Shown here: in pieces, positions 31,816 through 39,849 of the stretch
Layout: each line of letters begins with the position of its first letter
Position numbering within the stretch: position 1 is the first letter of the stretch
Assembly: GCA_039917655.1 (NCBI GenBank)
Contig: JBDSJC010000163.1
Location: 768 to 64,767, forward strand
DNA from: Tepidiformaceae bacterium
GTDB lineage: Bacteria; Chloroflexota; Dehalococcoidia; Tepidiformales; Tepidiformaceae
Length of the DNA: 64,000 nucleotides
Reading direction: 5' to 3'
Position numbers and translations under genes: made by a program
The notes under the pieces: model-generated
Told to the model about the DNA's origin: nothing
Seen by the model: the letters and a program-made list of their open reading frames with translations, nothing else
The model's database searches: none

Positions 31816-33094
31816 CGACCTGGCACGCATCTATCAGCGCGTGCGCCGCGAACTTGGCCCGGATGCGGTCATCGTGGAGACGCGCAGCCTGTTGCGCGAG
31901 GGCGCCGAGGCGCTCATCGAACTGCTCGCCTACGGTCCGGACGACGATGGCCTCTCGCTCGAACTCCAGCAGCAGATGGTCAGCGGCGTGCTCGCGCGAG
32001 TAGAACGCCAGCCGCTGCCACGGACGGTCGGCGACCTCGAAGACCTGGCGGCGCGCGAGCACGATTTCCCGCAAGAACTGCAGGTGCTGCCCACCCCGTT
32101 TCCGCCGGACGAGCTGAGCGATCTGCCTGAGTGGCTGGAAGGTTTCGTCGAACACGCCCCCTCCGCACCTGGGTCTCAGCCAAGGTTGAGGAGCGAGGAG
32201 CTGGAGCAGCTGCCTCCGCTGAAATTCGCCGCCCGCCCCGTGCCAAGGGCTTCGCAAAGCCAGACCGAAATGCCGAGCGCGGAGCGTTTGCCGCTCCCCC
32301 ACCTGGACCCCGCCCACGAACCGGTTGCCGGGCCATTCGCGGCCGCCGCGGCGGCCCTGGGTGGCTATCTCACCGCTGCCGGGTTCTCGCAGGCGGCAGC
32401 CCTGGCGGTGGGGCCCTTCGCCCTGCCTGGCCGCAGCATGGAGGACGCGCTCGGCGAAGCTCTCTCCGCCTTGCCTGTCGCCTATCCCGACGAACGCCGT
32501 ACCTCAATCATCTCCATCCAGGGCGCTGCTGGTTCTGGTCGCACGACGGCGCTGATCCGCATGGCGCTGGATTGCGCCGACAGCGGGCGCACGGCGCTGT
32601 TGGTGGCAGCCGATAACAGCCGGATCGCCGCCCGCGAGCAGATTCACGCCTATGGGGAGGCGCTTGGGCTACAGGTGATCGATGCTTACTCCAACCAGGA
32701 GTTGGTCCAGGCGGTCACTTCGGCAGCCCGTGGCGCCTGCCTGTTTGTGGACGTCCCGGCCGGCCCGTGGCAGCCTCCGGCTGTGGCGTCCGCGGCGCAC
32801 TTCGCCTACCTCGCGGTCCCCGCGCACTGGCAGCCGCTGGCGCTGGCGAACAGCCTCGCCCCGTTCCCCCAATCGAACTTTGCTGGTGTTGTCCTCACGT
32901 GCACGGACATCACCGGGGCGTTTGCGGCGGCGTTGAGCGTCGTCCTCGAACGCCGGGCCGGGGTGGCATTTCTCTCTTGTAGCCGCGACGTGAGCACGGG
33001 GATCGCGGTCGCTGATCTCTTCACACTGGCATCAGGGATCTTCACTACTCCTTCGGGGGTGATAGCCAATGGGCGACTCGTTGCCAGCGCATAA
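31790..33094 (+). CDS. flhF: flagellar biosynthesis protein FlhF homologue (SRP-type GTPase fold, degenerate G motifs)
   Basis: The N-terminus is FlhF-like (YIGNDLARIYQRVRRELGPDAVIVETR). The NG domain is recognisable, but the motifs differ from canonical: G1 is GAAGSGRTT (canonical GPTGVGKTT), G3 is DVPAG (DTAGR) and G4 is TCTD (TKLD). The TTG start overlaps the flhA end. Confidence 0.7.
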   Translation: MEPKRYIGNDLARIYQRVRRELGPDAVIVETRSLLREGAEALIELLAYGPDDDGLSLELQQQMVSGVLARVERQPLPRTVGDLEDLAAREHDFPQELQVLPTPFPPDELSDLPEWLEGFVEHAPSAPGSQPRLRSEELEQLPPLKFAARPVPRASQSQTEMPSAERLPLPHLDPAHEPVAGPFAAAAAALGGYLTAAGFSQAAALAVGPFALPGRSMEDALGEALSALPVAYPDERRTSIISIQGAAGSGRTTALIRMALDCADSGRTALLVAADNSRIAAREQIHAYGEALGLQVIDAYSNQELVQAVTSAARGACLFVDVPAGPWQPPAVASAAHFAYLAVPAHWQPLALANSLAPFPQSNFAGVVLTCTDITGAFAAALSVVLERRAGVAFLSCSRDVSTGIAVADLFTLASGIFTTPSGVIANGRLVASA

Positions 33095-33767
33095 CAATCC
33101 GTTCATGGCACAAGGGCTCGTTCCCGGAACCCGGCTCCGCATGGAAGTTTCCGTGGAGAGTGGCGTGGAATCTCACGTCACTTCGGTAGAGGACGTGTCC
33201 GAGGCCGGGATCACGATCCTCACGCCGATGAAGAACCTTCGCACGCGGCCGTTCGCCAAGGGCACCGTGGTGCACGCCGCCTATGTCCACGAACGGAGAC
33301 GGTGGCGCTTCCTCACGCAGTTCACGGGTTCAGGGCTAGGCGGCCAGTTCTCGCAGCTCCGTGCGCCGGTGAGGATTGAGGACTCCGAGCAGCGCGGCTT
33401 CTTCCGCCTGCAGACGGCCGTCAAGCCGACCTCGATCTATCGCCTCGTGATGGATGCCGGGCGCGTTGCGGACGACGAACCACAGACGCTCGAAGGGACC
33501 ATCGTTGACCTGAGCGAAGGCGGCATCTGCTTAACATCGCGTCAGCTGGCGCTCGCCGGTGAACGGCTCGGAATCCAGGTAGACCTGCCTGAGTCCGGTC
33601 GGATCCACGCTCGCATTCGCGTCACCAGCGTCGAAGAACCGATCGCCGGCAACCGCAATCGCCGCATCCATTGTCAGTTCACGGACATCTCTCAGGGTGA
33701 CCGCGATCGAATCGCGCGTTACCTCATGCGCCGGCAGCTCGAGATGCGCCGCCGGGGTCTGCTGTGA
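33069..33767 (+). CDS. PilZ-domain c-di-GMP receptor (YcgR/MotI-like flagellar brake candidate)
   Basis: RxxxR (RGFFR) and DxSxxG (DLSEGG) motifs are present at canonical spacing. An N-terminal PilZN-like beta-barrel region is also present. An alternative start ATG lies at 33105. Confidence 0.8.
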   Translation: MGDSLPAHNNPFMAQGLVPGTRLRMEVSVESGVESHVTSVEDVSEAGITILTPMKNLRTRPFAKGTVVHAAYVHERRRWRFLTQFTGSGLGGQFSQLRAPVRIEDSEQRGFFRLQTAVKPTSIYRLVMDAGRVADDEPQTLEGTIVDLSEGGICLTSRQLALAGERLGIQVDLPESGRIHARIRVTSVEEPIAGNRNRRIHCQFTDISQGDRDRIARYLMRRQLEMRRRGLL

Positions 33768-34012
33768 TGCTCGCCCCGTACACCGTTGCTCGCTACGGCC
33801 TCTACTTCGCGATCGCTGTCGCTGTGTTGAGCGTGTGGCTGGGGCAACAGGCCGGCGCCTCACTTGATTTTTCGCTCCTGAGGGCGGTCTTCGTCTTCTT
33901 GCTGTTCACCGTGGTCGCCTTCCTCGCGGAAGCTGTGCTCACCTTCCGTGTCCCGCCCAGGGCGGCAATCGCAAAACTCCCTGGCAACGGGAAACAGGAC
34001 GATGACGTCTGA
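33764..34012 (+). CDS. small two-TM membrane protein, unknown function (flagellar operon)
   Basis: 82 aa with two hydrophobic helices. The start overlaps the PilZ stop, and the stop overlaps the fliA start (TGATG). Confidence 0.55.
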   Translation: MMLAPYTVARYGLYFAIAVAVLSVWLGQQAGASLDFSLLRAVFVFLLFTVVAFLAEAVLTFRVPPRAAIAKLPGNGKQDDDV

Positions 34013-34767
34013 TGAGAGGTACCTCCATGGCTCTGGCAACCGAGGCAAGGACCCCAACCGGGGACCGCGATGCCACAATCCAGCAGTACGCGCCGCTGGT
34101 GAAATACGTGGTCGGCCGGCTGGCGATCGGCCTCCCCGCGATCCTCGACTACGAGGACATCTTGAGCTACGGCACGATCGGCCTGATCGAAGCGCTCGAC
34201 CGCTTCGATGACAGCAAGGGCGTGAAGTTCGAGACCTACGCCATCAGCCGCATCCGGGGCGCAATCATTGATGCCCTGCGCGCACTGGACCGCCTCCCGC
34301 GCTCGGTGCGTCAGAAGGCGAAGCGCATGGACGCCGCGAACCTCGAACTGACCGCTGCCAATGGGCGCGAGCCAACCGGCGCCGAACTAGCTGAAGCGAT
34401 GGGCCTGACGCTCACGCAGTACCACCAGACGCTTGTCGATTGCAGCTGGGTGACGATTTCGCTCGATGGCCTGTTGGACCGCGACGAGAACAACGACGGT
34501 GGTGCACCGACAGAACTGCCCGCCGATCCGAACCAGGAAGACTTCACGGGCCGGCTGGAAAAGAAGGAGATGCTTGATGCCCTGACCGGGGCAGTCAAGG
34601 GTCTGCCGGAACGCGAGTGGCTGATCGTCAGCCTTTATTACCGCGACGAAATGACGATGCGCGAAATCGCCCAGATCCTGGACATCTCGGAATCGCGCGT
34701 CTGCCAGCTGCACGGCCGGGCGCTTGGCCGGCTACGGGGCCGACTTTCTCGCGAACGCGCAGCCTAG
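34012..34767 (+). CDS. fliA: RNA polymerase sigma factor FliA/WhiG (sigma-28)
   Basis: It contains YAPLVKYVVGRL......DYEDILSYGTIGLIEALDRFD..KGVKFETYAISRIRGAIIDALR..D.LPRSVR and the region 4 sequence MTMREIAQILDISESRVCQLH. Confidence 0.9.
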   Translation: MRGTSMALATEARTPTGDRDATIQQYAPLVKYVVGRLAIGLPAILDYEDILSYGTIGLIEALDRFDDSKGVKFETYAISRIRGAIIDALRALDRLPRSVRQKAKRMDAANLELTAANGREPTGAELAEAMGLTLTQYHQTLVDCSWVTISLDGLLDRDENNDGGAPTELPADPNQEDFTGRLEKKEMLDALTGAVKGLPEREWLIVSLYYRDEMTMREIAQILDISESRVCQLHGRALGRLRGRLSRERAA

Positions 34768-34780
34768 GAGGGATCCAGCC

Positions 34781-35170
34781 ATGAACGATGCAATCGCCTT
34801 GCTTGCCATCTCCCAACTGATCTGCCTCGGCGGGATCGTCTACCTGTACGGACAGCTGCAATCGCTGCGCCGCATTGCCCCCGTCCGCCGCAACCGTTCG
34901 AACCGTGTGCACCCGCTGCCCGCAGCGACGCAGGTTGCCGCGCGAGAGGCGGCGAACGTCGCCGCTCGCCACGCCTACCGGGCGACGGGCCAACGGCCTG
35001 AGCCTCGCCCCGTGCTGGCGCTACAGCCACGCGGGTTCGGGGTGTCCGTGCCCAGCCTTGCCATCCGCGCCAACGAAGCCGGAGTGGATGTGACTGCGAT
35101 AGCGCGGCGCATGCAGAAGAGCGAAGAAGAAGTCCGGCTGCTGCTCCGCCGCCAGGGGATTGCAAGCTAA
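34781..35170 (+). CDS. single-TM protein with C-terminal HTH-like segment (DUF2802-like), unknown function
   Basis: The ATG at 34781 has an AGGAGG RBS. It has an N-terminal TM (AIALLAISQLICLGGIVYLY) and the C-terminus GVDVTAIARRMQKSEEEVRLLLRRQG. It lies directly after fliA. Confidence 0.55.
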   Translation: MNDAIALLAISQLICLGGIVYLYGQLQSLRRIAPVRRNRSNRVHPLPAATQVAAREAANVAARHAYRATGQRPEPRPVLALQPRGFGVSVPSLAIRANEAGVDVTAIARRMQKSEEEVRLLLRRQGIAS

Positions 35171-35796
35171 TGCTGGGAACGCGAATCGCCGCGGGCCTCT
35201 GTGCCCTGGCCGTCGCGCTGGCATCGCTGCTGAGCGCGGCGCCCGCCGTCCAGGCGAACGGCGTGCCGCAGCTCGTGAAGTTGACCTACCTGGAAGGGCT
35301 CTCGAACTGGGGCCCCAAAGATGGCGAAGGCGTGCTTGAGTTCAGCTTCGCCGAGGCCTACGCCCGAGTGGATGTGAAGAACCTTAAGCTCACCGACGGG
35401 TTCAGCTACGAAGGTTGGCTGACGGGAGGCCAGGGCGAACCGCTGCTCGTCGGCAAAATTTCGGTCCAACCCTCCGGCCTCGGTACGCTGGAGACGAAGC
35501 TTCAAAGCCTCAAACGATTCGACTATGACACGTTCGTGGTTGCTGGCCGTGGCCCCGCGGAGCCCGAAGCCGCCTATCCAGCGCGGCGATCAATCGCAGG
35601 GCGCTTCACGGTGCTCAAGGATGGCTCCACCAGCACCGCCGCGGACACCCGTCCCGCGGTTCTACCCAACACGGGAGAGACGGCGGCGCTTTCGACCTCC
35701 ACGCGCTTGCTGCGGGTGGGACTGGCGGTACTCGCCGCGGGCGGCCTGGCGGCGGTTGTCCTGCGCACCAGGAAGCGGAGGGATTCGCGTGATTAA
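35170..35796 (+). CDS. secreted LPXTG-anchored protein with RskA-like (anti-sigma-K C-terminal-like) ectodomain
   Basis: It has a signal peptide (LCALAVALASLLSAAPAVQA) and a C-terminal LPNTG motif followed by a hydrophobic stretch and RTRKRRDSRD. The ectodomain motif VKNLKLTDGFSYEGWLTGGQGEPLLVGKI parallels VANLPVLPADKAYQAWFIRDGKPEPSTVF in the anti-sigma factor at 40761..41501. It has a TAATG overlap upstream and an 8-nt overlap with the rod gene downstream. Confidence 0.7.
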   Translation: MLGTRIAAGLCALAVALASLLSAAPAVQANGVPQLVKLTYLEGLSNWGPKDGEGVLEFSFAEAYARVDVKNLKLTDGFSYEGWLTGGQGEPLLVGKISVQPSGLGTLETKLQSLKRFDYDTFVVAGRGPAEPEAAYPARRSIAGRFTVLKDGSTSTAADTRPAVLPNTGETAALSTSTRLLRVGLAVLAAGGLAAVVLRTRKRRDSRD

Positions 35797-36553
35797 AGGT
35801 CTCTATTCGGCGTTTAACGCCCTTGAAGCGGCGTGGCGTTACCAGGATGTGCTGGCGAACAACATCGCCAACGCAAACACCGCTGGCTTCAAACGCGAGA
35901 TTGCCTCGCAGGAGTCGTTCGCCGATGTCTTGCTTTCGCGGCAGTCGCCGGTGCCGGCGCCGCTGCCAGCGCGCATCCAGCAGGTCATCGGCCAGATCGG
36001 CACCGGTAGCTTCATCGCCGAGTTCGCAACCGACTACCAGGACGGAGTCCAGCAGCCCACTGGCAACGAACTGGACCTCGCGACCACGCAGGGATTCTTC
36101 CAGGTTGAGTCTCCAGATGGCACGCGGTTCTACACCCGCGACGGCCGATTTGGCCGAGACGCCGCGGGCGATATGGTGACGAGCCACGGTTACCACGTGC
36201 TCAACGCGAATGGCGGCCACATCAACCTCCCGGCCGAGCGGACCTCCATCGACGCCGCTGGCAACATCGCTCGTGGCGATGGCAGCGTTATCGATCAGGT
36301 GGCGACGTACGACTTTTCGCCAACGGCGCTCAAGCGAGCGGGTGAAGGCTACTTTCTTGCCAGCACCGGTGGGCAGGCAACTCCGGGCGGTGTCCGGCAG
36401 GGCTTCCTGGAAGGCTCGAACACCAACCTCGTCGAGGAGATGACAACTCTCCTCGCCGTCCAACGCACATTTCAGGCGAACCAGACCGTGCTCGCGAAGC
36501 TCGATGGGACGCTTGACCAGGCAGCAGGCCAACTCGGCCGGTTTGGGGCATAA
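35789..36553 (+). CDS. flgF: flagellar basal-body rod protein, FlgF/FlgG family
   Basis: GTG start (GGAGGG RBS). The N-terminus is IKGLYSAFNALEAAWRYQDVLANNIANANTAGFKR. The C-terminus is GFLEGSNTNLVEEMTTLLAVQRTFQANQTVL. Confidence 0.8.
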   Translation: MIKGLYSAFNALEAAWRYQDVLANNIANANTAGFKREIASQESFADVLLSRQSPVPAPLPARIQQVIGQIGTGSFIAEFATDYQDGVQQPTGNELDLATTQGFFQVESPDGTRFYTRDGRFGRDAAGDMVTSHGYHVLNANGGHINLPAERTSIDAAGNIARGDGSVIDQVATYDFSPTALKRAGEGYFLASTGGQATPGGVRQGFLEGSNTNLVEEMTTLLAVQRTFQANQTVLAKLDGTLDQAAGQLGRFGA

Positions 36554-36556
36554 CTC

Positions 36557-37300
36557 ATGGTCACGATTCTTGGCGCGGCGGCGAGCGGGCTCGCCCACAA
36601 CCAATCCGTGATGGACGTCATCGGCCACAATCTGGCGAACGTCAACACGCAGGGCTACAAGAAGTACCGGGCACTGGCCGAAGGGCGCCCGGACCCCGCG
36701 CAACTGCCAGAAGGCGGACGCCTCGGGGTCGCCGAGACAACCCGCGACCTGATCTTCAACCAGTCCACTTCCCAGTCGACAGACGATGCCCTCCACTTTT
36801 CGATCCAGGACGACACGTTCTTTCGCGTGCGGGATACGGACGGATCGACGGCCCTCACGAGGCTCGGCTCGCTGAGCGTGGATGCCGCACGCAACATCAC
36901 GGGCTATCGCGGGCGATTCCTACAGCCGCCGGTAACGCTCCCCGAGGGCATGTCCCAGCCGGGCATCGACCAGGCGGGCCTTATCACGGCGCGGGACGAA
37001 ACCGGCGCCCGCCAGCCGATCGGCCAGGTGACGCTGGTCCGCTTCACCAACCCGCAAGGTCTGGAAGCGATGGGCGACGGCCTCTACCGCGAAACGGTGA
37101 ATAGCGGCCCGTCCAGCGAGGGGAACCCAACGGAGCAGGGATTTGCTGGGGTTATCCCAGGCAGCCTTGAGGGTTCCAACGTAGAGATTGCCGAAGAGTT
37201 TACGAACATGATTATCGCACAGCGTGCTTACCAGGCCGCTGCAAAGACCTTCAGTGTCGGCGACGAGATGCTGGCTATCGCCACCAACCTTACCCGCTAA
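36557..37300 (+). CDS. flgG: flagellar basal-body rod protein FlgG family
   Basis: It contains GLAHNQSVMDVIGHNLANVNTQGYKK and SLEGSNVEIAEEFTNMIIAQRAYQAAAKT. Confidence 0.8.
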   Translation: MVTILGAAASGLAHNQSVMDVIGHNLANVNTQGYKKYRALAEGRPDPAQLPEGGRLGVAETTRDLIFNQSTSQSTDDALHFSIQDDTFFRVRDTDGSTALTRLGSLSVDAARNITGYRGRFLQPPVTLPEGMSQPGIDQAGLITARDETGARQPIGQVTLVRFTNPQGLEAMGDGLYRETVNSGPSSEGNPTEQGFAGVIPGSLEGSNVEIAEEFTNMIIAQRAYQAAAKTFSVGDEMLAIATNLTR

Positions 37301-37311
37301 GGAGCACCACC

Positions 37312-37626
37312 ATGACGCGAATCGACGGCCTCAACCCACTCAACACAAGCCGCACGATGAGCGGCCTCGGCGCAACTGGCGTCGAGCCGTCCGATGGCGA
37401 CCACGCATCCCAAGCATCGCGCGCCGCCGGCCGCCAGGATGTGCTTGCGCTTTCCAGCCGCGGCCGTGTGGTTGCCGAAGCAGCTCACGCCGTCCACAAG
37501 GCGCCCGATGTTCGATCCGACAAGGTGCTGGCTCTGCAAACTTCCATCGCCAACGGCACGTACACCTCAGATGCCCGCCAGATCGCGCAGCGCCTGCTGG
37601 CCAACGCCGGGTTCATGGCGGACTAA
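37312..37626 (+). CDS. flgM: anti-sigma-28 factor FlgM
   Basis: 104 aa. The C-terminus VRSDKVLALQTSIANGTYTSDARQIAQRLL is the FlgM signature. Confidence 0.85.
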   Translation: MTRIDGLNPLNTSRTMSGLGATGVEPSDGDHASQASRAAGRQDVLALSSRGRVVAEAAHAVHKAPDVRSDKVLALQTSIANGTYTSDARQIAQRLLANAGFMAD

Positions 37627-37629
37627 CCG

Positions 37630-38112
37630 ATGAACGCCGCCGCGGACGAGCTTCGCGCAATTCTTGCGGTCCTCCTCGAAGAAGAGCAGGGCCTGTTGCG
37701 CCTCAACGCGCTCGCTCTCGCCGAGCAGCGGGCGCTGGTCTGCTCCGACTACGAAGAGATCGAGCGCGTGAGCAATGAGATGCAGGTGGTGGCCGATCAG
37801 ATCGAGTCCGGTGAGTTGCGCCGGGCGCGCATGATGGGCGCCGTGGGCAAGCCCGAGGCCACGCTCAGCGAAATCCTCCCCCTCGCCGACCTGCACGAAG
37901 TGGACGGCCTGCGTGAGGCGTCAACCCGAATGATCTTGCTCGCCGACCAGCTTCGCGAAGCACAGGAAGGCAATGCGCGCCTGCTGCTCAGCGCCGTCAA
38001 GCTGCGCGAACGCTGGGTGAATCATGTCGCTGGCATGCACGCCTCCACCTATGGGGCCGAAGGCAAGCAGCAGATCCGCCAATCGCGCGGGATCGTTTCG
38101 CGGAGTGCCTGA
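37630..38112 (+). CDS. flgN: flagellar export chaperone FlgN family
   Basis: 160-aa helical protein (LRAILAVLLEEEQGLLRLNALALAEQRALV). It occupies the position between flgM and flgK. Confidence 0.7.
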   Translation: MNAAADELRAILAVLLEEEQGLLRLNALALAEQRALVCSDYEEIERVSNEMQVVADQIESGELRRARMMGAVGKPEATLSEILPLADLHEVDGLREASTRMILLADQLREAQEGNARLLLSAVKLRERWVNHVAGMHASTYGAEGKQQIRQSRGIVSRSA

Positions 38113-38121
38113 GGCAGCCCC

Positions 38122-39849
38122 ATGAGCCTGTCAATCGGCCTGGACACCGCCGTCAAAGCGCTACGCGCTCACCAGCTGGCGGTGGACGTTGCTTCACACA
38201 ACATCGCTAACGCGCAATCGCCGGGCTTTTCACGCCAGCGCGTCCTGCTGCGGCCGATCGGCATCACCAACGCCGACCGGAACAGCCATGATGCGCTCCT
38301 CGGGCGCACGGGCATGGGCGTGGACGCCAGCGATGTCCGCCGCATGCGCGATATTTTTCTCGATTTCCAAGCGCGGCAAACCATGGGCACCAAGGGCCAA
38401 TACTCCGCCTACTCCGCACCGCTGTCGCAGGCCGAAGTCGTCTTCAACGACCCATCGGACGATGGCATCTCCAGCCTGCTCGGGAAATTCTGGTCGGCCT
38501 GGCACGATGTCGTAAACGACCCCGAATCGTCCGCCGCTCGCACTGCTCTCGTTCATTCCACGTCCACCCTCACGTCGCGTCTGCAACGCGCCCACGCTGA
38601 CCTCACCCAACAGCGGACGGACCTGAACATCCGCGTCTCTTCGATTGCCGGCCAGATCAATTCGGCGGCGTCGGAGATCGCCACGCTTAACTTCCAGATC
38701 AAGCAGGTCGAACTGAATGGCGACCAGGCGAACGACCTCCGTGACCGTCGCGATGTCCTGCTCGACCAGCTGTCCGGCCTCGCTCAGATCACCTACACCG
38801 AGCAGCCCGACAAGACGGTCACGGTCTACCTCGGAAACCACGAGCTAGTGACCGCATCAACCTCACGAGACGTGGCCGCAGTGACGGACACGGCCAACGC
38901 CGGCATGAACAAAATCGTCTTTGTCGGCGACCAGACCGACCTGACAACGAACACGGGCGCATTGCGCGGGGTGTTGGATGCCCGAGACGTGCAGTTCCCG
39001 AGCGTCATCGCCAAGCTGAACACCTTCGCCCAGGGCCTCATTGCCTCGATCAACAGCGTCCACCAGAACGGCTACGGATTGGATAACTCCACTGGCAACG
39101 CGTTCTTCACAGGCACTGACGCGTCCAACATCGCGATCAACCCAACGCTCGTCAGCAACGCGAGCAAGATCGCTGCAGCAAGCGCCGCCGGCCGGCCAGG
39201 CGACGGCGGCCAGGCGCTCGCCGTCGCAAACCTGCAACTCGCGGCTTCGATGATCGCCGGGACGGCGGCGGCCAACCTCGCCGTTGGCGAGAGCCTGAGC
39301 GCTGGGAACACCGCCACGGGAGTGACGATTTCGAACGCTATCCAGCCGGGCACGTACTTCTTGACGGCCAGCGGCGCGAACGTCGATCTGCGCTACGGTT
39401 CGGCCACCGGCCCGGTCGTCGGGACGGCGATTCTGGCGGCGATGGCGGCGGGCACGAGTCCGATCGCGTTCATGAGTGGCGCCAACACCGTGGCCACTAT
39501 CCAGGTCACGTCCGCCGGCGGCTACAGCGCCGCGGCCCAGCAGGCGGACCTGCTCGCCGCCGGCAACAACACCCTTCAGATTGAAAACTCGCCAGACGCG
39601 TTCTACGCCAACCTTGTGAGCGTGCTCGGATCGGACGTCAACTCCGCGAAGGGACTGGCGGACTCCAGCGATCTGCTGAATACGCACCTCGAACAGCTCC
39701 GCCAGTCAACGTCCGGGGTCAACCTGGACGAAGAGGTCTCGAACATGAACGCGGCACAGAAAGCCTACCAGGCAGCGGCGCGCTGCATCACCACGATCGA
39801 TGAGATGCTCGACACCCTGATCAATCGCACCGGCATGGTTGGCCGCTGA
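38122..39849 (+). CDS. flgK: flagellar hook-associated protein 1 FlgK
   Basis: 575 aa. The N-terminus is GLDTAVKALRAHQLAVDVASHNIANAQSPGFSRQRV. The C-terminus is SGVNLDEEVSNMNAAQKAYQAAARCITTIDEMLDTLIN. Confidence 0.92.
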   Translation: MSLSIGLDTAVKALRAHQLAVDVASHNIANAQSPGFSRQRVLLRPIGITNADRNSHDALLGRTGMGVDASDVRRMRDIFLDFQARQTMGTKGQYSAYSAPLSQAEVVFNDPSDDGISSLLGKFWSAWHDVVNDPESSAARTALVHSTSTLTSRLQRAHADLTQQRTDLNIRVSSIAGQINSAASEIATLNFQIKQVELNGDQANDLRDRRDVLLDQLSGLAQITYTEQPDKTVTVYLGNHELVTASTSRDVAAVTDTANAGMNKIVFVGDQTDLTTNTGALRGVLDARDVQFPSVIAKLNTFAQGLIASINSVHQNGYGLDNSTGNAFFTGTDASNIAINPTLVSNASKIAAASAAGRPGDGGQALAVANLQLAASMIAGTAAANLAVGESLSAGNTATGVTISNAIQPGTYFLTASGANVDLRYGSATGPVVGTAILAAMAAGTSPIAFMSGANTVATIQVTSAGGYSAAAQQADLLAAGNNTLQIENSPDAFYANLVSVLGSDVNSAKGLADSSDLLNTHLEQLRQSTSGVNLDEEVSNMNAAQKAYQAAARCITTIDEMLDTLINRTGMVGR

